DNA of 45,170 nucleotides from an uncultured Clostridia bacterium (GCA_947253135.1 CAMXYS010000001.1:1-45170); one strand, 5' to 3'; positions 14,443-25,729 are shown, numbered from the stretch's first letter. A program made the numbers and translations. Notes: generated by a model from the sequence alone, not told the origin.

Positions 14443-15396
14443 ATGACCTTGCGTAGCTTATACGACCCGATCGAACCCAATCAAACTGCCTTTTTAAATA
14501 GAGGCATCCACGAAATTTATTATGAAGAGTCCGGCAATCCAAAAGGGCATCCGGTTGTCTTTCTGCATGGGGGGCCGGGCTGTGGCACCGGCCCAACTGC
14601 CCGCCGCTTCTTCGACCCAAATTTTTATCGGATCATCCTATTTGACCAAAGAGGGTCAGGTCAGTCCAAGCCGCAGGCTTGCTTAGAGGACAACAACACA
14701 GAGGCTCTCATCTCAGATATGGATGCCATCCGTGAACTGTTGAATATAGACCGCTGGCTTGTTTTTGGCGGATCTTGGGGTTCGACCTTGGCCCTCTCTT
14801 ATGCCATTAAGCACCCGGACCGGGTGGTGGGCCTTATTCTAAGAGGGATTTTTTTAGGACGCCAAGAAGATATTGATTGGATTTACCAGGCCGGTGGGGC
14901 CGGCAATATTTTCCCGGAAGCCTTTGCCGCATATGCCTCCCAAATTCCGCCGGAGGAAAGAGGGGACTTAATCAAAGCCTATTACAAGCGGCTGACTTCA
15001 GCTGATCCGGACACGAAACTTACGGCTGCTAAGGCCTGGTCCGCCTGGGAAGGAGCCATCACCACCCTAAGGCCAAACCAAGACCAGACTGACGCTTTTA
15101 CACAGCCGGACTACGCCCTTAACATGGCCAGCATCGAATGCCACTTTTGGGTCAACCATATGTTTACTGATAATATGAACTATATCCTGGATCAAACCCA
15201 TATCATAGAAGCCATTCCAACCCATATTGTCCACGGGCGATATGATATGGATTGCCGGGTCATTGGGGCCTACCTTTTGGCGGCCAAACTCAGGCAGGTC
15301 ACTTTAGAGGTGCCGATCTGTGGACATTCTTCAACTGAACCGGAAATCATTGATTCGCTAGTCAGAGCGACAGACAAGTTCAAATCTCTGTTTTAG
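14443..15396 (+). CDS. pip: Proline iminopeptidase (alpha/beta hydrolase)
   Basis: VVFLHGGPGCG, the GGSWGSTLAL nucleophile elbow, and a length and C-terminal His region typical of prolyl aminopeptidase. Confidence 0.85.
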   Translation: MTLRSLYDPIEPNQTAFLNRGIHEIYYEESGNPKGHPVVFLHGGPGCGTGPTARRFFDPNFYRIILFDQRGSGQSKPQACLEDNNTEALISDMDAIRELLNIDRWLVFGGSWGSTLALSYAIKHPDRVVGLILRGIFLGRQEDIDWIYQAGGAGNIFPEAFAAYASQIPPEERGDLIKAYYKRLTSADPDTKLTAAKAWSAWEGAITTLRPNQDQTDAFTQPDYALNMASIECHFWVNHMFTDNMNYILDQTHIIEAIPTHIVHGRYDMDCRVIGAYLLAAKLRQVTLEVPICGHSSTEPEIIDSLVRATDKFKSLF

Positions 15397-15449
15397 CAGC
15401 CTCTTGCGGGCCGGATTCTGACCAGACTTAAAATTTAGAAAGGGAGTCC

Positions 15450-16286
15450 ATGAACCTTACATTTTTAGCCCACAGCGGCTTTGTCATCGAAACTCAAAAA
15501 GCGATCTTGGTCTTTGACTATTATCAAGATCCAGCTCACATACTTGACCGCCAACTAGAGGGCGAAAAACCCTGCCTCTTTCTGGTGAGCCATAATCATG
15601 AAGATCACTGGAATCAGGCTATCCTGGACTACGGCAAGCAAAACTCCGGCCACTGCCGCTATGTCTTAGAGCGAGCGGTTGCCAAGACGGAGGCCGTTCA
15701 GATCGGCTTAGCGCCGGACAACTACTTAACAGTAGAGGCAGGTGACCGCATAACTGCCGACCAACTCAAAATCCCCGGTCTTTTGACTCTTAATTGTTAC
15801 CGGTCTAATGATGAGGGTGTCGCCTTTTTGCTGGAGACAGATGAAGGCTTCATTTACCATGCCGGTGACCTCAACGATTGGAATTGGGGTGATCAGGATG
15901 CCCCCTACTATGAGCGCACCTACCGGGAAGAACTGGCTAAGTTGCAGGCTGACTTGAGCGGTCGCAGACTGGCAATGGCGATGGTGCCGGTTGACCATCG
16001 TTTGGGCGACAAGGCTTTATCCGGTGCGATTATTTTTGCTGCCATGATTCAAACTGACCTCTTGGTTCCGATGCACCTAAATGGGGACCCGGACCTGCCT
16101 CGCAAACTGGCAGAAAATATGGACACCAGTTGTTACTTTGTCCGCGAAGGGGTCGATAAAGAGGGCCGACCTGTAGTGGTGACAGATGTCTTGTATGAGG
16201 GTGACCTCAGCCGGAACAGACCGGGCAAGCCCGGGGCCATAATGAGCCTGACCCAGCCGGGCGACCGCACTAGTTGGCCCTTTTAA
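15450..16286 (+). CDS. MBL-fold metallo-hydrolase
   Basis: LTFLAHSGFVIE...VSHNHEDH (HxHxDH motif). GGGAG SD upstream. Confidence 0.7.
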   Translation: MNLTFLAHSGFVIETQKAILVFDYYQDPAHILDRQLEGEKPCLFLVSHNHEDHWNQAILDYGKQNSGHCRYVLERAVAKTEAVQIGLAPDNYLTVEAGDRITADQLKIPGLLTLNCYRSNDEGVAFLLETDEGFIYHAGDLNDWNWGDQDAPYYERTYREELAKLQADLSGRRLAMAMVPVDHRLGDKALSGAIIFAAMIQTDLLVPMHLNGDPDLPRKLAENMDTSCYFVREGVDKEGRPVVVTDVLYEGDLSRNRPGKPGAIMSLTQPGDRTSWPF

Positions 16287-16352
16287 CTGCTCCGCCAGAC
16301 CGGGCTGATAAAAGCAATTTTGAAAGTTTTAATTTAAATCTGGCATTTTCAC

Positions 16353-17769
<1,417 letters not shown>

Positions 17770-17804
17770 CAGCGGCCGCTCCGGACCGATCAAGTGAATC
17801 TTTT

Positions 17805-17838
17805 AAAGCCGACCTCAAAAAACGGGTCGGCTTTTTTA
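17805..17838 (+). terminator. Rho-independent terminator of gdhA
   Basis: AAAGCCGACC-(loop)-GGTCGGCTTTTTTAT. An 8-9-bp GC-rich stem followed by a T-run. Confidence 0.8.
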
Positions 17839-17935
17839 TCTGCTGCCGAGCTGTCTCCTTCTTTAAAAAAGGGTTAAGAAGATTGCCAGATAGAGTGGGA
17901 ATGTTTAAATTTATCTCAAGAGGAGGAAGCAGCAC

Positions 17936-18879
17936 TTGAGAGGGCAAAACCGCAAGCGATTTTCAGACCCTGATGTTTTAAATCGGCTTCGAGCTCTTGA
18001 ATCGGATCCGCACAATCAGGCTGTCTTATCCGGCATCAGGCAGCAAATGGGGCAGCGGTTGCTCTGGAGCCAGCGGATGGTCGTTTTGCTTATTGTCGGT
18101 GCTGTAATTTTAGCTCCTTTTACTCGCATGCTGTCAATTATTTTACTGGTCCCTGGCTTGCTTTTCCTGAGCAACCGCCAGAAGGCGGAAAAGGCGCAAA
18201 GTGACAGGGCCTACACAGACCTCTTTTTACGGCCGGTCTTGCTCGCTGTCCTGCCTGATACCGAGATCGATTATCATGGCGGTATAGATGTTCGGGTCCT
18301 AACGGCCGTCACCCCTGCCGCCAAGCAGCACGAGAGCAACTGCCATATTCGTTTTGGCGATGAGGCTCGGACGGAGTTCTGCAATCTTTATTCCTACCAT
18401 AAGCAATCGGACGAAGATAACGCCAACACAGTAACCGATTTTATGGGTCAGGTTTTTTCGCTTGGCAGTCAAGGCAAGTCAACGGCTGGGTTCGTATCAT
18501 CCCCACTAAGCAGAATCTGTTTGGTCGCGAGTACCACACCGGTTATAAAAAGACCCAAGAAGAACGGCAGATCGAGACAGAAGATATTGTCTTCAATAAG
18601 GCCTATAATGTCTATTGCACGGATGAATTGGCCGCCAGAAGGATCCTCAATCCCTACACCCTGACTCTGCTAGACCGGTGGGCCCGGACTGTACCCGTTT
18701 CAGTTTTTATTAATGCTCAGTTTACTGCCGTTTCTTTCTATTCAGATGAACACAGTTTACAAGCCCCAAAGACGAAAGATGAAGTAGATAAACTATCCCT
18801 GGCCGGAGAGTACCAAAAGATTCAGGTTCAATTGAGTCATTTTTACAGTTTTATGGATATCTTGAATGAGCAACTATAG
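17936..18879 (+). pseudogene. DUF3137-like membrane protein, interrupted by a frameshift
   Basis: ORFs 17936..18664 and 18628..18879 are in different frames. Hand translation of the second frame upstream of 18628 gives a continuous VRIIPTKQNLFGREYHTGYKKTQEERQIETEDIVFNKAYNVYCTDELAARRILNPYTL. The switch lies between about 18450 and 18495, most simply 1 nt missing in GGG 18488..18490. TTG start with AGGAGG SD. Confidence 0.65.
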
Positions 18880-18971
18880 GGTTTAGCGGCCGTCGCCGGG
18901 GAGGTGGTCGCAGCAGCAGCAGAGCAGTTTTTGGTGATCGGGGAGAACGCTCAAACAAAGGAGGAGGCAAA

Positions 18972-19241
18972 GTGCCTATATTAATTATTTTAGTTATCTT
19001 ACTGGTTGTTGTGGTTGGCTGGTTTATCGGTCTAGCTAACCGCTTGGCTCGCTACCGGGTGGTGATCGACGAGTCGAAACGCAACGTCGATATAGCCTTG
19101 GCGAAGCGCTATGATACTATCTCGGAAATGCTCAAGGTGGCCAAGTCTTATGCCAAACACGAGCAGACGCAAATGCCTTTCCTGGAAGAGACGGGCTTGG
19201 ACCGGAAACGGTCTTTGTCTGACCTCGATTATACGGTTTAA
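18972..19241 (+). pseudogene. lemA: LemA-family protein, 3'-truncated (89 aa; full-length family members are roughly twice as long)
   Basis: TM helix plus YRVVIDESKRNVDIALAKRYDTISEMLKVAKSYAKHEQ matches the LemA N-terminal half. The sequence then diverges and stops 7 nt before the next gene. Confidence 0.55.
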
Positions 19242-19247
19242 ACAACT

Positions 19248-19958
19248 GTGCTGGTTCCGATGGGCTATACGCCGGCAGAGCTAATCCGGTTAGAGCTTAA
19301 AAATCTGGCTGACCCGGCCTACCGGGAATTTCAAAGCAAACTGGTTCCCAATGTAGAGCCGGCTACCATTCTGGGTGTCCGGGTGCCCGCCTTGCGCCGC
19401 TATGCCCGTGGGCTTAGTCGCAAACCGGATCTGAAGGTAAAATTTTTATCGGACCTGCCTCATACTTACTATGATGAAAACCTGTTACATGCGATCTTGT
19501 TGTCAAGCCACAAGGACTATGGAGGCTGCCTGAAGGCGGTCAATCAATTTTTACCCTATGTAGACAATTGGGCAGTCTGCGACAGTCTGTCGCCCGGGTT
19601 GTTTAAGGCCCACCGCGACGACTTGCCGGTGCAAATCGAACAGTGGATCGCTGCTCCCGACCGGGTTTATACTTGTCGGTTCGGCTTAAAAATGTTAATG
19701 ACCCACTTTTTAGATGAAGATTTTAAGCCGGCCTATTTAGAACTGGCTGCAGCTGTCCGGGCAGAGGACTACTATTTAAAGATGATGCAGGCCTGGTTTT
19801 TTGCTACGGCCCTGGCCAAGCAATGGAAGGAGACGCTCCCCTATATAGAAAAGAAGAAGACAAGCAGCTGGGTTTACCGTAAAATAATTCAAAAGGCTTG
19901 TGAAAGCCGGCGGTTGACGGATGAACAAAAGGCTTATTTGCGCCGGTTGCGGATATAG
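19248..19958 (+). CDS. DNA alkylation repair protein (HEAT-like repeat, AlkD/AlkC-type family)
   Basis: LKNLADPAYREFQSKLVPN...ILGVRVPALRRYA...NWAVCDSL. Start is uncertain (GTG 19248 or ATG 19260). Confidence 0.7.
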   Translation: MLVPMGYTPAELIRLELKNLADPAYREFQSKLVPNVEPATILGVRVPALRRYARGLSRKPDLKVKFLSDLPHTYYDENLLHAILLSSHKDYGGCLKAVNQFLPYVDNWAVCDSLSPGLFKAHRDDLPVQIEQWIAAPDRVYTCRFGLKMLMTHFLDEDFKPAYLELAAAVRAEDYYLKMMQAWFFATALAKQWKETLPYIEKKKTSSWVYRKIIQKACESRRLTDEQKAYLRRLRI

Positions 19959-20086
19959 TCAGACGGAAGCTTGGTCGTCTTGCCTTGGGGGCATCCATTG
20001 TACCCGCCTTGATCAGTCACCTACTCATGGTAATTATTGTTCGTTAGAAAAATTTTTACCGGCGGGATTAGAAAAGGAAAAGGCAG

Positions 20087-20716
20087 ATGAAAAAAGTGTC
20101 TTGCGGCAGTATCTTGTGTGGCCTTCTGGCGGTGGCCTTAGCCGGCACGGCTTGTGGCCGGCCGGGTGAGGATAAGGCGGAGTCTAAGCTGACAGCTGTG
20201 GCCTTGGTCGGAGAGAGTTATTGCGAGGTTAAAGAAGCTGCCGGCAAAAGAATAGAAGCGTTAGATCTTTGGACGATTCGGGAGGGAGACCCGGAAGTTA
20301 AGCCCGGAGCATTTTATGAATTTGAGGTCGGTATGATTGCAGAGTCTTATCCGCCGCAGACACGGGCGGAAAAATGGACTAAGTTGGCTGACCAACCGGG
20401 ACCGTTTGAGGCGAATTTTGATTTGGGCCAATCCATCCGCTTTCATTTAGGTGATAAACGGGTAAAGTTATTAGATGTCAGGACGCCGGAGGAGTACGGG
20501 GAAGGCCACCTGGCCGGGAGTATTAATCTGCCCTTGGCTGAATTGGCCGGCCGGATGGGTGAAGTCTTGCCGGACAAAGAACAGGTGGTCTTAGTCTATT
20601 GCCGGTCCGGCAACCGGTCGGCTGAGGCGGCCAAGCAGCTGGTCGAGGCAGGCTATCCATTGGTCTTTGATCTGGGTGGAATTTTAGACTACGAGGGCGA
20701 GCTGGAGACCGCTTAA
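20087..20716 (+). CDS. Lipoprotein with C-terminal rhodanese domain
   Basis: Signal peptide with a lipobox LAGTAC. Rhodanese active-site loop CRSGNRS and LLDVRTPEEYGEGHLAGSINLP. Confidence 0.8.
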   Translation: MKKVSCGSILCGLLAVALAGTACGRPGEDKAESKLTAVALVGESYCEVKEAAGKRIEALDLWTIREGDPEVKPGAFYEFEVGMIAESYPPQTRAEKWTKLADQPGPFEANFDLGQSIRFHLGDKRVKLLDVRTPEEYGEGHLAGSINLPLAELAGRMGEVLPDKEQVVLVYCRSGNRSAEAAKQLVEAGYPLVFDLGGILDYEGELETA

Positions 20717-20736
20717 GCGTTTGTTTAACACCGAAT

Positions 20737-20782
20737 CAAAAAAGGAGGACCTCTCCGGCTTGTGGATGAGGTCCTCCTCATA
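20737..20782. terminator. Bidirectional terminator between the rhodanese gene and the convergent tenA
   Basis: AAAAAAGGAGGACCTC-(loop)-GAGGTCCTCCT. An 11-bp perfect stem. Confidence 0.75.
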
Positions 20783-20809
20783 GTTTGCCTTATTGTTATT
20801 TTGAGGTGA

Positions 20810-21469
20810 TCACATGGTCATTTGCCAGCCCATTTCCCAAAAATCCAACTCGTAGCGTGAGCAGGCCACAAAGACATCTTTAAGGTGGACCAGTTGAGTC
20901 TCGGTATAATCTTCGGTTGTGCGGTTCAAAGTTTCTACCAGGGTGACATTGGGGTCACAGTATTCACTGCCGGCATAATTTTTGATCCAGGGGCCATAAA
21001 AAGGGTCGTCCTGTGAGTCGGGGCGGTTGGCCACAATGCGCTTGGCAATCGCCTCGTAGCTGAGGGCGCAAGACAAGATGGCTGCCAAAATTTCCGCTTC
21101 GCCTTCTTCATAGGCGATCCGCAGCATGTAAGAAGTATAAGAGAGATTGGCCAGTGACCGGTCTGACTTAAGGGCATCTTCCGGTGTGACGCCAAAGTTA
21201 GTCATAAAACCACTGTGGACGGTCAGTTCCGCATTAATGGCCGGGATATAGCCGGCGAAGAGGTCAGCCAGTTCAACCGTCTTGGCCTTGGCGACACCGA
21301 GCGCAAAGACTTTGGCATATTCTTGCAGGTAGAGATAGTCCTGGAGGATATAAAAGCGAAACTTTTCTTTGTCCAAGTCTCCGTTTTCAATCCCCTTAAT
21401 AAAGGGGTGGTCATAGTAGGCCTGCCAGATATCAGCGGCTGCTTCCAATAAGTAGTCAGTCGTGGTCAT
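20810..21469 (-). CDS. tenA: Thiaminase II / aminopyrimidine aminohydrolase
   Basis: HPFIKGIENGDLDKEKFRFYILQDYLYL and FWEM at the C-terminus. Last gene of the thi operon. Confidence 0.85.
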   Translation of the reverse strand: MTTTDYLLEAAADIWQAYYDHPFIKGIENGDLDKEKFRFYILQDYLYLQEYAKVFALGVAKAKTVELADLFAGYIPAINAELTVHSGFMTNFGVTPEDALKSDRSLANLSYTSYMLRIAYEEGEAEILAAILSCALSYEAIAKRIVANRPDSQDDPFYGPWIKNYAGSEYCDPNVTLVETLNRTTEDYTETQLVHLKDVFVACSRYELDFWEMGWQMTM

Positions 21470-21490
21470 TTTAAGCTCCTTTTCTTGTTT

Positions 21491-22285
21491 TTATTTATAA
21501 ACACTTTGAATATCAAAGGCGTGGTCGAGCGGCCCTGACCCTTGTCCCAAGTTCAACATGGCCGCCAAGGCTCCTGAGATATAGTCTTTAGCCCGCTCAA
21601 CACTTTCTGTTAGGCTGTAACCTTTGGCCAGATTGGCAGCAATAGCGGATGAAAGGGTGCAGCCGGTGCCGTGGGTATTCGGATTGTCTATGCGGCGGCC
21701 GGCAAAGCGGTGGAGGGCCTGGCCGTCAAAGAGCAGGTCGGTGGCATCATTAACCTGGTGGCCGCCCTTAACCAGAACAGCACAGCCATAGTCATGATTT
21801 AACCGCTCAGCGGCCTTGGCCATATCAGCTTCATTCTTAATGGTCAGCCCGGACAAGGCTTCGGCCTCGGGGATATTGGGCGTGACGACTGTGGCCAGGG
21901 GAAAGAGGAGGGCGGTCATGGTTTGAACGGCGTCTGTCTTAATGAGAGCCGAGCCACTGGTGGCGATCATGACCGGGTCGACCACTATATTTTTGGCCTC
22001 ATAATGGCGGAGGCGGTCGGCGATCACTTTGATCAGGGCGGCCGAGGACACCATGCCGATTTTAACGGCATCAGGTTCAATGTCGGTAAAAATAGCATCT
22101 AATTGAGCTGCTAAGAAATCCGCTGTCGACTCTTGGATAGCGGTGACGCCGGTTGTATTTTGGGCGGTCAGGGCAGTGATGGCACTCATGGCGTAGACCC
22201 CGTTGACGGTCATGGTTTTCAGGTCGGCTTGGATGCCGGCACCGCCACTGCAGTCACTGCCGGCGATGGAGAGACAGGTTTTCAT
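21491..22285 (-). CDS. thiD: Hydroxymethylpyrimidine/phosphomethylpyrimidine kinase
   Basis: MKTCLSIAGSDCSGGAGIQADLKT... and GTGCTLSSAIAA. ATG 22285 follows GAAAGGA. The longer track ORF (to 22384) adds a non-homologous Ala/Pro-rich extension. Confidence 0.85.
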   Translation of the reverse strand: MKTCLSIAGSDCSGGAGIQADLKTMTVNGVYAMSAITALTAQNTTGVTAIQESTADFLAAQLDAIFTDIEPDAVKIGMVSSAALIKVIADRLRHYEAKNIVVDPVMIATSGSALIKTDAVQTMTALLFPLATVVTPNIPEAEALSGLTIKNEADMAKAAERLNHDYGCAVLVKGGHQVNDATDLLFDGQALHRFAGRRIDNPNTHGTGCTLSSAIAANLAKGYSLTESVERAKDYISGALAAMLNLGQGSGPLDHAFDIQSVYK

Positions 22286-22404
22286 GGTCAAGATCCTTTC
22301 TTTTAGAACGGGCAGCAGCACCTTTGCGGGGGCTGTCGCCCGCCCCGGACGGGTGGTTTTGAGTCCGCTGGCAGCGGGTTTCAACCGGCCGTCTTTTTTT
22401 AAGC

Positions 22405-23049
22405 TTAGCGGCCTTCAATAATGGCTGTGGCCCGGCAGTAGAGGTCACGGCACTCGGCTTCTATATCAGTTGCTCCAAATACGGCACTGACCAGGGCAAA
22501 ACCGGCGATGCCCGTGCCTTTTAGCTCGGCCATATTCTGCTTGCTGATGCCGCCAATTGCGACGACCGGGATCGAGACGGCTTCACAAATAGCTGCCAGA
22601 CGGTCTTTGCTCATGGGCTGAGCATCGGTCTTAGTGGTTGTGGCGAACATAGCGCCCGCCCCAAGACAATTGGCCCCGCCTGCCTCCGCCTCTTCGGCTT
22701 CAGCCGGCGTGTGGACGGTCACACCGATCAACAGATCAGGACCAACGAGACGGCGGACCTCAGCGATGGGCAGGTCATCTTGCCCGACGTGTACGCCGTC
22801 TGCTCCGCTGGCCAGGGCTACTTCCACATTGTCGTTGACAAAGAAGGGAACGCGGTAGGTGCGACACAAGTCAGCAATGATTTTGGCTTCGGCCAAAAAA
22901 TGAGCCCGGTCCAGGTCTTTTTCCCGCAGCTGTAAGCAGGTGATACCACCCTTTAAAGCCGCTTCAACTTGCTGATAGAGTAGCTCCGAGCTGTTATTTT
23001 TGCGGTCGGTAATGGCATAGAGTAAAAGATCTTTTGGAGTAAAAGCCAT
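22405..23049 (-). CDS. thiE: Thiamine-phosphate synthase
   Basis: LYAITDR..., LQLREKD, GADGVHVGQDD, VAIGGI. Confidence 0.9.
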   Translation of the reverse strand: MAFTPKDLLLYAITDRKNNSSELLYQQVEAALKGGITCLQLREKDLDRAHFLAEAKIIADLCRTYRVPFFVNDNVEVALASGADGVHVGQDDLPIAEVRRLVGPDLLIGVTVHTPAEAEEAEAGGANCLGAGAMFATTTKTDAQPMSKDRLAAICEAVSIPVVAIGGISKQNMAELKGTGIAGFALVSAVFGATDIEAECRDLYCRATAIIEGR

Positions 23050-23100
23050 ATTTGTTCTCCCTTGTTCGCTTGCTTGATCTGCTTGTCGGCCATGGCGTTT

Positions 23101-23922
23101 TTAACGCAGCTCGCAGCGGGCCTTTTGCTCGAGTTCTTGAGCAGTCAGCCGGTAGATGGCATCAATTAAATAGATGCGGTAGGAGGCATTGCCGTCCTCC
23201 GGTGTCAAGCGCCGGTAGGCCTGTTCACCGGCCAAGCCCATGGCGGCAATGGCAGCGCTCGTAGCTGCCGCCGCCCGGCCGGGATTGGCGGCCACAAAAG
23301 CGGCCGTCAGGGCCGAGAGTTGGCAGCCCGTTCCGGTGACGCTTGCCATCATCGGGTGGCCGTTGTAAATACAATAGGCTTCAGCAGCGCTGACAACGAG
23401 GTCAATCGCTCCGGTTATAGCGATCACGGCGCCTGTTTTAATTGAAAAGGCCCGGGCTAGGTCGATCAGGTCGTCCACCCGTTCCGGTGTGATGCGGTCC
23501 CCCCAGTCAGCATCGACACCGCGAGCCCCGCCTTCCCCCGCAGCCAAGCACTTTATCTCGGATAAGTTGCCCCGGATGACGGTAAACCTAACTTCTTCCA
23601 GCAGGCGGTGAGCTGTTTCCGTCCTCAATTTAGAGGCGCCGGCACCGACAGGGTCGAGCACCACCGGTTTGCCTAATTCGCAGGCCTTTTGCCCGGCCAG
23701 GCGCATAGAGCTGATCGTCCGGCTGTTCAGAGTGCCCAGGTTGATGTTAAGCCCGTCGCTGATGGAGGTGATGTCGGCAGCTTCCTCCGGGTCATCGGCC
23801 ATAATGGGGGAACCGCCGCAGGCCAGTAGGATATTGGCACAATCGTTTACCGTCACATAGTTTGTGATGTTATGAATGAGAGGATGGACCTTTTTGACGT
23901 TGTTTAAATAGTCGCCAAACAT
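23101..23922 (-). CDS. thiM: Hydroxyethylthiazole kinase
   Basis: HPLIHNITNYVTVNDCANILLACGGSPIMADD. Coupled by TAATG to the thiW stop. Confidence 0.9.
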   Translation of the reverse strand: MFGDYLNNVKKVHPLIHNITNYVTVNDCANILLACGGSPIMADDPEEAADITSISDGLNINLGTLNSRTISSMRLAGQKACELGKPVVLDPVGAGASKLRTETAHRLLEEVRFTVIRGNLSEIKCLAAGEGGARGVDADWGDRITPERVDDLIDLARAFSIKTGAVIAITGAIDLVVSAAEAYCIYNGHPMMASVTGTGCQLSALTAAFVAANPGRAAAATSAAIAAMGLAGEQAYRRLTPEDGNASYRIYLIDAIYRLTAQELEQKARCELR

Positions 23923-24458
23923 TATTTAGCATCCTTTCGCAGGGGATTGAGGGAAGCTTGAATGCCGGGTAACAAGTGCGACTTGCTTAAGGCTCCCAAG
24001 AGCAAACCGGCCAGGATAACCCCGCCGATGGTGGAGATCAGGAAGGGGATAATATATGCGTAGAAGGCCAGGCCGGCCGCGTCCTTGCCCATCAAGAAAA
24101 CGGCTACCGGATAGGCGCAAAGACCGCCGATCACAGCTGTGCCGAAAGCTTCGCCAACCAAGGCGGCCGGAATTTTTTTGCTGTAGTGGTAGAGCAGGCC
24201 GGCCAGCAAGGCGCCAAAGATACTGCCGGGATAAGCCATCAAAGTTCCCAAGCCGGTGATATTGCGGATCAAGGCAGCGGCAAAGGCAGTGCCGAAACTC
24301 CAGCCCGGTCCCAGCAAAACGGCGCAGAGAACATTGACCAGGTGTTGGGCCGGCGAGCAGCGGCTGCCCAGTACAGGGAAGGAAAAAAGGCTGCCGACAA
24401 CAGCCACGGCACAGAGCAAACCGGCAATTGCTAATTTACGGATATTATTTTTGGGCAT
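23922..24458 (-). CDS. thiW: ECF-transporter S component for the thiazole moiety
   Basis: Polytopic membrane protein, first gene after a TPP riboswitch and before thiM. ATG 24458 follows AAAGGAG; the track start at 24494 lies inside the riboswitch expression platform. Confidence 0.7.
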   Translation of the reverse strand: MPKNNIRKLAIAGLLCAVAVVGSLFSFPVLGSRCSPAQHLVNVLCAVLLGPGWSFGTAFAAALIRNITGLGTLMAYPGSIFGALLAGLLYHYSKKIPAALVGEAFGTAVIGGLCAYPVAVFLMGKDAAGLAFYAYIIPFLISTIGGVILAGLLLGALSKSHLLPGIQASLNPLRKDAK

Positions 24459-24524
24459 TTGTGACGCTCCTTTTTTGATAAAAATAGGGGTCACCCGGTC
24501 GCGGCGTCCCCCTGTAAAAAGAGC

Positions 24525-24618
24525 TGTGACAACTCCCTACGGCGGCATTATCCGCATCAGGTGAAGGGTCGAAGCGACTGGCTTCCTCTCAGCCTGCTGG
24601 TGCAAGCTCCCCCGGTTA
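24525..24618 (-). promoter_or_regulatory. TPP (THI-box) riboswitch
   Basis: The minus strand reads GGGGAGCTTGCACCAGCAGGCTGAGAGGAAGCCAGTCGCTTCGACCCTTCACCTGATGCGGATAATGCCGCCGTAGGGAG. This contains the conserved CUGAGA and ACCUGAU..GGAUAAUGCC..GUAGGGA elements. A G/C-rich segment and a U-run (about 24478..24520) follow, then the thiW SD. Confidence 0.9.
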
Positions 24619-24629
24619 ATTTTAATGGC

Positions 24630-24658
24630 AGTATAACATGGAAATTGTGAAGTTGCGA
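24630..24658 (-). promoter_or_regulatory. Putative thi operon promoter (-35 TCGCAA, 17-nt spacer, extended -10 TGTTATACT)
   Basis: On the minus strand TATACT is 24635..24630, TG is 24638..24637 and TCGCAA is 24658..24653. It sits immediately upstream of the riboswitch. Confidence 0.5.
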
Positions 24659-24844
24659 ATGACAGGACTCCCGTTGGATGAATTGCAAAGATTTCACCGG
24701 GCAGTTTTCGGCCGGTTAAGGTGCTCCTGCAAGGTTTTTTGCGTGCCAAATTCCCCCCTGTCAAGGACAGTTGTTCTCGATTATAATAATAAGGATTACA
24801 ATTAATAACCAAAAGATGAGAATCACATTAAAGAGAGGTGACCA

Positions 24845-25729
24845 ATGCATTTTCGAGGACCCATTATCCGACCGCCAACCGATGCCAACAGCTTGTTTAT
24901 TGAGGTGACAGCCGGTTGTTCTCACAATGCCTGTACCTTTTGCAATTTTTATGACGAAACACCGTTTTGGGTGGCTCCGCTGGAGCAAATTGAGGCGGAC
25001 TTAAAAGAAGCTAAACAGTATTGGCCCGATGCAACCGATATTTGGGCTTCCGGTGGCAACCCCTTTGTTTTGAGTACGGAAAGGCAAATCCAAGTGTGGG
25101 ACTTGATGCGCCGCTATTATCCGGAGGCCAGAATTTCCACCTATGCAACTGTTTCGGATTTTCGCGATAAGACAGTTGAAGATATTCGCTGTATTAAAGA
25201 ACACGGTTTAGACGAGATCATGATCGGTATCGAATCCGGTGATGATGAGGTCTTAAGGGCGGTTAACAAGGGCTATACCAGTGCTGATATTTTAGCAGCT
25301 TGCGGCAAGGCGGACCAAGCCGGGATCACCTACCGGATGATTTACTTGGGTGGGCTGGCCGGCCGGGGGAAACTGGTCGCCAGCGCCCGCAAGAGTGCGG
25401 CCATTATTAATCAAATCAACCCCTATTATATGATTTTGACGAACGTAGCTATTTTGCCGGGCACGCCACTCTATGAAGAAAGAGAACAGGGACTGTTTCA
25501 GGAGGCGACGGAAAAAGAGCGATTGGAAGAGATCAGAGCCTTGATTGAAGACTTGACGATCCCCATTACGGTCAACACCGGGACATCGGCCAGCAGTGTG
25601 TTTTTTGTAGCTGACTTGCCGGAAGACAAGGAAGCTACTTTACAGCGGCTGGACCGGGTGATCGAAAGTTTTAGTGCTACTGACGAAGAAGTTTTGGGGG
25701 CCCGTCGCCGACGGATGGATCATGTTTAA
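24845..25729 (+). CDS. Radical SAM-like protein (294 aa) with an atypical CX4CX2C cluster motif
   Basis: AGCSHNACTFCNFY verified at DNA level (tgt tct cac aat gcc tgt acc ttt tgc). GGNPF and IGIESGDDEVL are typical of the radical SAM TIM barrel. GAGAGGTG SD. Confidence 0.7.
   Translation: MHFRGPIIRPPTDANSLFIEVTAGCSHNACTFCNFYDETPFWVAPLEQIEADLKEAKQYWPDATDIWASGGNPFVLSTERQIQVWDLMRRYYPEARISTYATVSDFRDKTVEDIRCIKEHGLDEIMIGIESGDDEVLRAVNKGYTSADILAACGKADQAGITYRMIYLGGLAGRGKLVASARKSAAIINQINPYYMILTNVAILPGTPLYEEREQGLFQEATEKERLEEIRALIEDLTIPITVNTGTSASSVFFVADLPEDKEATLQRLDRVIESFSATDEEVLGARRRRMDHV

Noticed and set aside
19921-20169. ORF 19921..20169 bridging the alkylation-repair and rhodanese genes
   Set aside because: It overlaps both neighbours in other frames, has no SD and has a low-complexity translation. 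The rhodanese lipoprotein start at 20087 is well supported.
22286-22384. N-terminal extension of thiD (track ORF to 22384)
   Set aside because: The Ala/Pro/Arg-rich extension is unlike ThiD. ATG 22285 gives the canonical MKT..IAGSDCSGGAGIQAD N-terminus with an SD.
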